DNA from: an uncultured Clostridia bacterium
Lineage (GTDB): Bacteria; Bacillota; Clostridia; TANB77; CAG-508
Assembly: GCA_947631145.1 (NCBI GenBank)
Contig: CANRKF010000002.1
Coordinates: 1-55,270 of the forward strand
DNA length: 55,270 bases
Direction: 5' to 3'
Shown: piece after piece, positions 27,991 to 35,318 of the stretch
How the letters are laid out: each line of letters opens with the position of its first letter
Numbering within the stretch: the stretch's first letter is position 1
Notes under the pieces: generated by a model
Told to the model about the DNA's origin: nothing
Databases searched by the model: none
Seen by the model: the letters and a program-made list of their open reading frames with translations, nothing else
Made by a program: the position numbers and the translations under genes

Positions 27991-29073
27991 AAAAAAGAAA
28001 GAAAATTAGATGATTATGATTTAATTAACTCTAAAGCAATAAAAAATCACTGTAGAAAAATAAAATATCAATTTAATACAGAAGAACTTGCTGTTTTAGT
28101 ATATAGAAATAAGACAATGAATATAGAAGAAAAAATAGTTAAATATCAAGACTTAATTGATAATTATCCAGATATGGAAGTTATAGAAAGAATAAATTGT
28201 AAGCATTATGATAGTGTAAAGACTTTAATACAAGAAGAAATTAATAGATTAAAAAATTTATTTGAAGCTTTTATAAAAGAAAATGAAAGATGTGCTTATA
28301 CATGGTATGAATATAATAAAACAACCAAAAAAGAAGATACTAGCCCTTATCATATATCAAAAAGTCTAAAAGGAACATATAAAGAAGTATATGAAGATGT
28401 AGCAAGCTATGTGAATGAATATGATGATACAATTTCATTTACTATTATAAAAAAAATTTTTGAAGAAAAAGATAAAATAATTTATGCTAAATACAATGTT
28501 ATAAATAAAAATCCAAAGCTAATAAATATATATGAAGATGAAGAAGGATACTTAGATGAAGGGGATTTAGATATAAATAATATTTTTGTATATATGCCTA
28601 CCCCATTTAATAAAGGCGATATCTTAATTTCTGAAAATCCATCAAGATGCAATTATGGAGATAATGGAGATATATTTGTTTTAGATTATATGTCTACTTG
28701 GAGAGAAAATATAAAGGAGTATTTAGCAAAGGGAAACTCTGATTCGTCAGATATGGTAGGATATGGATATTATTTATATGATGATGGTCCAGATTTTGTA
28801 TTTGATAATAAGTGGGACTATGATAGCTTTGAATATTACGAAGGAAAAATAGAAGGCAATAATAGAATCTTAAAAGCAATTAGTAGTTATTTAAAAGGAG
28901 AAATAGATTTTGAACTTCTAATACATGCTTATGATGTATTTAAAATTGAAAGCATAAACAAAGCCATGCCAGATTTTTATACAGAAGAAGGATTAAAAAA
29001 AGCAGGCTTTACTGATATAGATATTCAAAATGAAAAAAATAATTGGAAAAATATAGATATGAAGGAGGAGTAA
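27988..29073 (+). CDS. Hypothetical protein, stand-alone paralog of the C-terminal domain of the PolC-like fusion
   Basis: YDLINSKAIKNHCRKIKYQFNTEELAVLVYRNK..KYQDLIDNYPDMEVIER.NCKHYDSVK is near-identical in pattern to residues ~440-520 of ORF 25492. Similarity continues to the C-terminus. Confidence 0.7.
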   Translation: MKKERKLDDYDLINSKAIKNHCRKIKYQFNTEELAVLVYRNKTMNIEEKIVKYQDLIDNYPDMEVIERINCKHYDSVKTLIQEEINRLKNLFEAFIKENERCAYTWYEYNKTTKKEDTSPYHISKSLKGTYKEVYEDVASYVNEYDDTISFTIIKKIFEEKDKIIYAKYNVINKNPKLINIYEDEEGYLDEGDLDINNIFVYMPTPFNKGDILISENPSRCNYGDNGDIFVLDYMSTWRENIKEYLAKGNSDSSDMVGYGYYLYDDGPDFVFDNKWDYDSFEYYEGKIEGNNRILKAISSYLKGEIDFELLIHAYDVFKIESINKAMPDFYTEEGLKKAGFTDIDIQNEKNNWKNIDMKEE

Positions 29074-29084
29074 TAGTTTGAAAG

Positions 29085-29286
29085 AAATCAATCTTTCATT
29101 TCTATGTGTGCCTTTGAGCGAAGCAAGAAAGGCATGATTTTTAATTTAAAAAAATCAATCTTTCATATTTCTATGTGTTTGCGCGAAGCAAGAAAGGCAT
29201 GATTTTTAATTTGAAAAAAATCAATCTTCCAATTTTTATGTGTTTGCGCGAAGCAAGAAAAAAATGAAATTTAATTTAATTTGAAA
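29085..29286. repeat. 3 x 66/67-bp tandem repeat just inside the right island end
   Basis: tcaatc units start at 29088, 29155 and 29221. Each carries GCGAAGC. Unit 1 forms TGCCTTT-n12-AAAGGCA followed by a T-run. Confidence 0.85.
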
Positions 29287-29312
29287 TAATAAAAGAGAAA
29301 ATTTTATTCAGT

Positions 29313-29359
29313 AAAAAAAGAAACCTACTTAAATATGTATCTAAATAGGTTTCTTTTTT
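29313..29359. terminator. Bidirectional terminator downstream of the SASP gene
   Basis: AAAAAAGAAACCTA ... TAGGTTTCTTTTTT. Confidence 0.7.
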
Positions 29360-29371
29360 GCCATAAAACTA

Positions 29372-29427
29372 ATATAGCAAATAAACTTATTTCATATTGT
29401 TTTCAGCTTGTTGGATCATTTTTTTAA
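29372..29427. repeat. Right direct repeat (att-like), overlapping the last 13 codons and stop of the SASP gene
   Basis: Partner of 15543-15598; see that entry. Confidence 0.8.
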
Positions 29428-29587
29428 CCATTTGTCCACCGATTCTACCAGCATCTCTTGAAGATAAATCACCGTTATAACCTTCTTTTAAATTAACACC
29501 AACTTCGCTAGCTACTTCATATTTGAATTTGTTAAGAGCTTCTTTAGCTTCTGGAACTACAGAATAATTGCTGTTATTGCTTGCCAT
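29387..29587 (-). CDS. Alpha/beta-type small acid-soluble spore protein
   Basis: MASNNSN..VVPEAKEALNKFKYEVASEVGV ... RDAGRIGGQMVKKMI. GGAGG lies 7-8 nt before ATG 29587; the listed GTG 29596 overlaps the RBS. Confidence 0.9.
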   Translation of the reverse strand: MASNNSNYSVVPEAKEALNKFKYEVASEVGVNLKEGYNGDLSSRDAGRIGGQMVKKMIQQAENNMK

Positions 29588-29718
29588 ATCTTTCACCTCC
29601 TAGAACGTGATTGTTTTCTTTCTTGAAAAAACTATCTTGCTTTTTCAGTATTTATCTTGCACAATTAATAAATTTTTAAACTGGCAAATTTTAGAATAAA
29701 ATATAGTAAAAAAATACA

Positions 29719-29748
29719 TTGACATTTTTCTACAAAAAAGCTTATAAT
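29719..29748 (+). promoter_or_regulatory. Sigma-A type promoter for the Tim44-like gene
   Basis: TTGACA (29719-29724), 18 nt spacer, TATAAT (29743-29748). Confidence 0.5.
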
Positions 29749-29775
29749 ATTTTTATAAACTATTAACTTTTTATT

Positions 29776-29871
29776 TTAAATGCAACAAAGAATCAAAAGT
29801 TAAGTGCAACAATAAGTTAAAAGCTAAATGTAACATAAGTCAAAAATCTAAATGTAACAATAAATCAAAAG
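29776..29871. repeat. 4 x 24-bp tandem repeat in the 5' leader of the Tim44-like gene
   Basis: ttaaatgcaacaaagaatcaaaag / ttaagtgcaacaataagttaaaag / ctaaatgtaacataagtcaaaaat / ctaaatgtaacaataaatcaaaag. Confidence 0.85.
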
Positions 29872-29899
29872 AAGGTAATATTATATTAGGAGATAACCT

Positions 29900-30817
29900 A
29901 TGAAAAAATTTAAAAAAATTTTATTTTCAATAATTTTATTCATTTTAATTTCCTCAACAGTAGTATTTGCAGATGTAGGAAGCTTCGAAGATTATGGTAG
30001 TGGAGGTTCATCATATGACTATGGCTATGATTATGGTTACGATTATGATTATGGCTATTCATCAGGAGGAGACTTAGGACTATTTTTATTTTTTTTAGAT
30101 CCACATGTTGCACCATTTATTATTATTGTGATAATAATTTCAATAATTATTGCAAAGAAAAACAAAGGGAAAAATATACCAAATTATTATACTCAAACAA
30201 GACCACAAAAAGTTGATTCTCTGCAAGACATGAATAGCTTAAATGCCAGAGAATTACAAATAGAAAATAAAATTCAAGTTAATGATCCAAATTTTAACAA
30301 AGAAGAATTTATATCAAACAGCAAAAATTTATTTATAAGGTTACAACAAGCTTGGACAGAAAGAGACTGGGAAACAATAAGAGCTTTTGAAACAGAAAGT
30401 TTATTTGAACAACATAAAAATCAGCTACAAGGTTATATTAATAATAATCAAATAAATGTAATGGATAGAATTTGTGTAAATTATGCACATTTATATGGTT
30501 ATAGGCAAGAAGGAGATAAAGAAATATTAACAGTAAGGCTTAACTCAAGAATGCAGGACTATATTATAGATGCTACAACCAAAGAAGTTTTAAGGGGAAA
30601 TAAATTTGAAGAAAAAGTAAATACATATTTATTAACCTTTATTAGAAAGAATGGTGTAAAAACAAGAGAAGGAACTGCAGAGATTAATACAACTAATTGT
30701 CCAAACTGCGGTGCTCCAACTAAAATTACGTCATCAGGTAGATGTGAATATTGTGGAAGTATAATTACTACTGGTGAATATAACTGGGTACTTTCAAATT
30801 TACAAAGAGAGAATTAA
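29900..30817 (+). CDS. Membrane protein with a Tim44-like domain and a C-terminal zinc ribbon
   Basis: Signal/TM segments, a (YDYG)n tract, LQQAWTERDWETIRAFETESLFEQH (Tim44-like core), and CPNCGAP...CEYCGS. Confidence 0.55.
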   Translation: MKKFKKILFSIILFILISSTVVFADVGSFEDYGSGGSSYDYGYDYGYDYDYGYSSGGDLGLFLFFLDPHVAPFIIIVIIISIIIAKKNKGKNIPNYYTQTRPQKVDSLQDMNSLNARELQIENKIQVNDPNFNKEEFISNSKNLFIRLQQAWTERDWETIRAFETESLFEQHKNQLQGYINNNQINVMDRICVNYAHLYGYRQEGDKEILTVRLNSRMQDYIIDATTKEVLRGNKFEEKVNTYLLTFIRKNGVKTREGTAEINTTNCPNCGAPTKITSSGRCEYCGSIITTGEYNWVLSNLQREN

Positions 30818-31000
30818 TTAATGAAACAAAAAGTAAAGAATTATAGTTAATGAAAAGAAAACATAGCAGGAAGCAAAGAAAATATAGTTAATGAAAAGAA
30901 AATATAGTAGGAAGTAAATATAGTTAATGCAAATAAGTCATAGCAGAAAATAAATTATAGTTATTGAAAATAAAATGTAGCAGTAAGTAAAAAACATTTT
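30813..31000. repeat. 4-5 degenerate 36-41-bp tandem repeats
   Basis: (t/a)tatagttaatgaaaagaaaa(c/t)atagcaggaag(c/t)aa... units. Confidence 0.75.
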
Positions 31001-31077
31001 AATAAAACAAATTACAAGAGTAAAATAAATTTAATAAAAATAATAAACGTGTTTAAAAAACACAAAAGGAGGATTTT

Positions 31078-32370
31078 ATGGGATTAATTAAAGCTGCTAA
31101 AGAAGCAATAAAAGGAACTCTTGCAGATCAATGGAAGGAAGCAATACGCTGCGATAACTTAGATAACAATACATTAATGGTTAAAAAAACAACACCAAAT
31201 GGTGTTATTAGCAACAAAAGTACAATAATTGTAGCACCGGGGCAATGTGCTGTTATTTATGATAATGGTAGAGTAATAGACGCAACAGCAGAAGAAGGAT
31301 TATATCACTTTGATAGTTCTGCAACTCCATCTTTTTTTGCAGGAGATTTTGGAGCAACCTTTAAAGAAATGTGGGAAAGATTTACATACAATGGAGCAAG
31401 TGCAAAACAACAGGCAGTATTCTTTTTCAACACAAAAGAAATTATAGACAATAAATTTGGAACACCGCTGCCAATTCCATTTCAAGATTGGTCACATCCA
31501 ATTCCAAACCAAATGACAAACACAATAAGTCCAATGAGAGTAGAAATAAAATGTTTTGGAAAATATACATTTAAAATTTCAAATCCAGCATTATTCATGC
31601 AAGAACAAGCTGGAACAGCAGAAATTTATAGAAAAGATCAATTAATAGAACAAATTAGAGCAGAAGTTATTGCAGTATTTCAAAATTTAGTAAATGAGCT
31701 AGGTTCTGAAAAACATAAAGTTCCAGTATTAGAAATGCCAAGTAAAACAGATGAAATAAGAGAAATGATGAGTGAAATGTCATTTGATGATCCAGTAAAA
31801 AAGAGAGGGCTTTCTATAGTATGCTTTGCAGTAGAATCAGTAACACTAGATGAAGAATCAGAAATGAAAATTGATCAATACGAATTAAGTTCAAATACAT
31901 ATATGCAACAAGGCAGATTAGTAGATGCCTATGCTGAAGCGGTACAAAGTGCAGCTGAAAATAAAGCAGGTTCTTTAAATGGATTTATGGGAATTGGCAT
32001 GATGAATATGGCAACCAATGGTGTTGTTGGTGGAGCTGTAAACTCAGCTTGGCAAAATACACAAGGAAGTCAAATCGACTTGAGTAATAAACAATCTAAT
32101 GCCTCAAACAACCAACAAGAAGCAAATAGTATTGCAAATACTCCAAACAACCAACAAGAAATAAATAATACTGCAAATACTCAGGACGAACAAAAAAATA
32201 ATGTAAATAAAACTGAAGAATGGTCTTGTAAATGTGGTACTAAAAATTCAGGAAAATTCTGCAGTAACTGTGGTAGCCCAAAACCAGTAGGAAAGCAATG
32301 CAAAAACTGTAAAGCAATGAATGATGAAAATAGTAAATATTGCAGTGAATGTGGAACAAAATTAGAATAG
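31078..32370 (+). CDS. SPFH/band-7-like 'virion core protein-like' (COG4260, YdjI-like) protein with a Q/N-rich linker and double zinc ribbon
   Basis: MGLIKAAKEAIKGTLADQWKE is the typical family N-terminus. C-terminus has CKCG...CSNCG and CKNC...CSECG. Confidence 0.65.
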   Translation: MGLIKAAKEAIKGTLADQWKEAIRCDNLDNNTLMVKKTTPNGVISNKSTIIVAPGQCAVIYDNGRVIDATAEEGLYHFDSSATPSFFAGDFGATFKEMWERFTYNGASAKQQAVFFFNTKEIIDNKFGTPLPIPFQDWSHPIPNQMTNTISPMRVEIKCFGKYTFKISNPALFMQEQAGTAEIYRKDQLIEQIRAEVIAVFQNLVNELGSEKHKVPVLEMPSKTDEIREMMSEMSFDDPVKKRGLSIVCFAVESVTLDEESEMKIDQYELSSNTYMQQGRLVDAYAEAVQSAAENKAGSLNGFMGIGMMNMATNGVVGGAVNSAWQNTQGSQIDLSNKQSNASNNQQEANSIANTPNNQQEINNTANTQDEQKNNVNKTEEWSCKCGTKNSGKFCSNCGSPKPVGKQCKNCKAMNDENSKYCSECGTKLE

Positions 32371-32374
32371 AAAA

Positions 32375-32460
32375 TATTCGAATAAATAAAAATTGAAAGG
32401 TTACTATAATAAAAATTAATTCGAATAATTAAAAATCAAAAGGTTACTATAAAAATAAAT
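32375..32460. repeat. 2 x ~40-bp tandem repeat
   Basis: attcgaataaataaaaattgaaaggttactataataaaaat / attcgaataattaaaaatcaaaaggttactataaaaataaat. Confidence 0.75.
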
Positions 32461-32512
32461 TTATAAAAAAGAAAGAATATGTTAAAAAACATATTATGCG
32501 AGGAAAAAAAGC

Positions 32513-33385
32513 ATGTACAAACTTTTAGCAATAGATTTAGATGGAACTTTGCTAAACTCTTATGGACAGATTTCAGAAGAAAACAAAAATGCAATAAAAA
32601 AAGCACTAGAACAAAATGTAGAAGTTGTATTAGCATCAGGAAGAAGCAATATGTCTGTAAAAAATTTAGCAGATGAAGTAAATGCGAATAATTATATAAT
32701 ATGTGGAAATGGCGCAATAGTATATGATTTAAAAAAAGAAGAAATAATATATAGTAATCTTTTAAATAAAAATAAAGTTTTGCAATTAGTAAAAATATGT
32801 GATGAAAATAGTATATACTATAGTGTCTACACAAAAGATACAATCATTACCAAAAATTTAAATTATAATGTTCTTTTTTATCATCAAGAAAATGCAAGCA
32901 AGCCAGATAATAAAAAAACTAATATTCAAATAGTACAAGATATATATAACTATATATTAAATAGTCCTGAAGAAGAATATATAAAAATAGTAATTTGTGA
33001 TGATAGTAGCATTATTTTTAATAGTATAATAAAAAAAATGAAAACAATAAAAGGTGTAGATGTATTAGATGTAGGTCATATGTCTAGAAAAATAATAAAA
33101 TCTGGAACAGAAGAATTTAGTATAGAATATTTTTATACTGAAATAAATAACAAAAATGTAGATAAATGGACAGCACTTTCCTATTTAATAGAAAAACTAG
33201 GCATAAAAAAGGAAGAGGTAATAACAATAGGAGATAATGTAAATGACAAAATTATGATAGAAAATGCAGGCTTAGGTGTTGCTATGGAAAATAGCGCACC
33301 AGATATAAAGCAAATAGCTGATGTTGTAACAAGCACTAATAATGAAAATGGCGTTGCAAAAATAATAGAAGAAGTAATGCTTTAA
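32513..33385 (+). CDS. Cof-type HAD-IIB family hydrolase
   Basis: MYKLLAIDLDGTLLNS (DxDGT motif I), SGR (motif II) and GDNVNDKIM (motif IV). Confidence 0.85.
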   Translation: MYKLLAIDLDGTLLNSYGQISEENKNAIKKALEQNVEVVLASGRSNMSVKNLADEVNANNYIICGNGAIVYDLKKEEIIYSNLLNKNKVLQLVKICDENSIYYSVYTKDTIITKNLNYNVLFYHQENASKPDNKKTNIQIVQDIYNYILNSPEEEYIKIVICDDSSIIFNSIIKKMKTIKGVDVLDVGHMSRKIIKSGTEEFSIEYFYTEINNKNVDKWTALSYLIEKLGIKKEEVITIGDNVNDKIMIENAGLGVAMENSAPDIKQIADVVTSTNNENGVAKIIEEVML

Positions 33386-33456
33386 ATTTATTTAAAACTG
33401 AATAGAAATTTAAAAAAATGCACATAACTATTAAAGAATAGGAGTGTGTATTTTTT

Positions 33457-33720
33457 ATGAATAAAAAAGATATGGGAAGCAATTCAAAGTCAAGTAAAAA
33501 TGTATCTAAGGATACAGAATTAAGTAAAAAAATAGAAATGGAAAATAACAAAAAAGCAATGACAGGAAGAGTAAAAGAAGAAATAGGAAGTATGGAAGAA
33601 TTAGAAGATACTACAAAATATGGAGAATTTGTATCTTCTTATTTTGCATGGCTAACCTTAGAAGGTCAGAAGAGGAGGGCAGAACATTTAGAAGAAATGA
33701 CTAATAAGGATAAAAATTAG
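33457..33720 (+). CDS. Small hypothetical protein (87 aa, charged)
   Basis: ORF with AGGAG RBS 9 nt upstream. No family recognised. Confidence 0.4.
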   Translation: MNKKDMGSNSKSSKNVSKDTELSKKIEMENNKKAMTGRVKEEIGSMEELEDTTKYGEFVSSYFAWLTLEGQKRRAEHLEEMTNKDKN

Positions 33721-33807
33721 TTTTATAAAAATAAAAATTTATAATTTTATAATGAAAAATAGGCTAGTAACTAAAAAATAGTTCACAAAATATTCACAAA
33801 CAACATA

Positions 33808-33835
33808 TTGACAAAATATAAAAAGGTAGTATAAT
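33808..33835 (+). promoter_or_regulatory. Sigma-A promoter of the ctsR operon
   Basis: TTGACA (33808-33813), 16 nt spacer, TATAAT (33830-33835). Confidence 0.65.
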
Positions 33836-33844
33836 AATATTGTA

Positions 33845-33864
33845 GGTCAAAGAAAGTCAAAGTC
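33845..33864 (+). promoter_or_regulatory. CtsR operator (tandem heptad repeat)
   Basis: GGTCAAAgaaAGTCAAAGTC fits the (A/G)GTCAAAnAn(A/G)GTCAAA consensus, immediately downstream of the -10. Confidence 0.75.
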
Positions 33865-34008
33865 TAAAATAAAGAAAAATATAATAAAACAATATAGTAA
33901 TTAACTAGAAAATAAATAATAGAGCCAATTATAAAAATAGCGAATTATAAAAAATAAAGTATAAAGAATGAAGTATAAAAAATATAAAACTAAGGAAGTG
34001 ATGAAATT

Positions 34009-34461
34009 ATGAGAATGTCTGATATGATAGAAGATTTTATAAAAGAACTATTTACAGAAGATGAAGACTTTATAGAAATTCAAAGAAACGATTTAGCGGA
34101 ACATTTTAAATGTGTACCATCACAAATAAATTACGTTATATCAACACGTTTTAATCCATCACAAGGATATTATGTAGAAAGTAAGCGTGGTGGAGGAGGT
34201 CATATTAGAATAAAAAAAGTAAATATAACAAAAGGAAACTACTTAATGCATGCAATAAATAGCATAGGAAATAAAATAACATCACAGGAAGTAGACATAT
34301 TTATTAGTAATTTCCTATCACAAAATATTATTTCAGAAACAGAAGCAAAACTTTTAAAAGTAGCAACAAGCGATAATGTATTAACAATACCACAAGAATA
34401 CAAAGACTTCTTAAGAGCTAATATTTTTAAGAATATGCTTATTAATTTAGTGGAAGACTAA
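34009..34461 (+). CDS. ctsR: Class III stress gene repressor CtsR
   Basis: FKCVPSQINYVISTRF...YYVESKRGGGGHIRI is the conserved CtsR core. Confidence 0.93.
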   Translation: MRMSDMIEDFIKELFTEDEDFIEIQRNDLAEHFKCVPSQINYVISTRFNPSQGYYVESKRGGGGHIRIKKVNITKGNYLMHAINSIGNKITSQEVDIFISNFLSQNIISETEAKLLKVATSDNVLTIPQEYKDFLRANIFKNMLINLVED

Positions 34462-34620
34462 AAAATATAAAAGACAATACAAATATTAAAAAGAAAAAAT
34501 ATAAAAATAACAAAATACAAAAGACATAAATAAATTGTAAATATAATTTTACAAGACGTATAATTTACAAGACATATAATCTACAAGTAATTTAAAAAAT
34601 TAAATAGGAGGTAAAAAATT

Positions 34621-35211
34621 ATGTTATGTCAAAATTGTGGAAAAAACGAAGTAAATTTTCGTTATACTCAAATTATAAATGGAGTAAAAAAAGAAATGGC
34701 ACTTTGTGATAAATGTGCTAAAAGTTTAGGACTAGAAAGCTTAGATTTTAATATGCCAATTAACTTTTCTAACTTTTTTGGAGATTTCTTTGATGAAGTA
34801 GAAGAAACCAATTTCTTACCAAGTTTTACAAAAACAGAAACCTTAAAATGTAATAACTGTGGAACAACTTATGATGAATTTATAAAAACTGGAAAATTCG
34901 GATGCGGTAATTGTTATGATGTATTTTCACATGGCTTAGATAATGTATTAAAAAATATTCATAGTTCAAGCACACATGTAGGCAGAAGAAGTAAGTGGAT
35001 AAATAAAGCAAATGAAAATAGTGAATTAAAAAGTATTAAAGGCAGTAAAGAAATTAAAGATAGTAAAGAAAATAAAAATGAAGTTAAAAAAGAAAACTTA
35101 AAAGAAGACAAGTTAACAAAACTAAATGCAGATTTAAAACAAGCAATTAAAGAAGAAAGGTATGAGGATGCTGCTAAAATTAGAGACGAAATTAAAAAAA
35201 TGTCGCTTTAG
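34621..35211 (+). CDS. mcsA: McsA (zinc-finger and UVR-motif activator of McsB)
   Basis: CQNCG...CDKC and CNNCG...CGNC zinc knuckles, and EERYEDAAKIRDEIKK (UVR motif). The last 3 codons and stop lie in the GC-rich repeat element. Confidence 0.88.
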   Translation: MLCQNCGKNEVNFRYTQIINGVKKEMALCDKCAKSLGLESLDFNMPINFSNFFGDFFDEVEETNFLPSFTKTETLKCNNCGTTYDEFIKTGKFGCGNCYDVFSHGLDNVLKNIHSSSTHVGRRSKWINKANENSELKSIKGSKEIKDSKENKNEVKKENLKEDKLTKLNADLKQAIKEERYEDAAKIRDEIKKMSL

Positions 35212-35259
35212 GGACGTTTCTTGACGCGACAAAATGTCGCTTTTGTACCACATGTTAAC
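35202..35259. repeat. GC-rich palindromic element, copy 2, at the mcsA/mcsB junction
   Basis: GTCGC(35202) GGGACGTTTCT(35211) GCGAC(35226) GTCGC(35236) have offsets 0/9/24/34, identical to copy 1. Tail is GTACCACATGTTAAC. Confidence 0.85.
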
Positions 35260-35318
35260 TTAAACATAATAGCTTAGAAAATTTAATAAAAATAAACAAG
35301 AAAAATAGGAGGTAAAAT

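Larger units (their letters stand above)
15543..29427. mobile_element. Candidate integrated genomic island (~13.8 kb) at the 3' end of the SASP gene; no recombinase recognised
   Basis: Flanking imperfect direct repeats 15543-15598 and 29372-29427 share a perfect 27-bp core. Cargo is accessory/defence-like. Repeat arrays lie just inside both ends. Confidence 0.45.

Noticed and set aside
29085-29286. CRISPR-like appearance of the regularly spaced repeats.
   Set aside because: The units abut one another with no unique spacers, the period is 66-67 bp, and no cas genes are present. It is a plain tandem repeat.
15543-29427. Search for an integrase, transposase, excisionase or relaxase inside the island.
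   Set aside because: None of the 11 ORFs shows tyrosine-recombinase (R..HxxR..Y), serine-recombinase or DDE motifs that I can recognise by eye. The mobile-element call therefore rests only on the flanking repeats.
32436-32843. Listed ORFs 32436..32843(-) and 32479..32676(+).
   Set aside because: They overlap the well-supported HAD hydrolase gene in other frames, and their translations are low-complexity.
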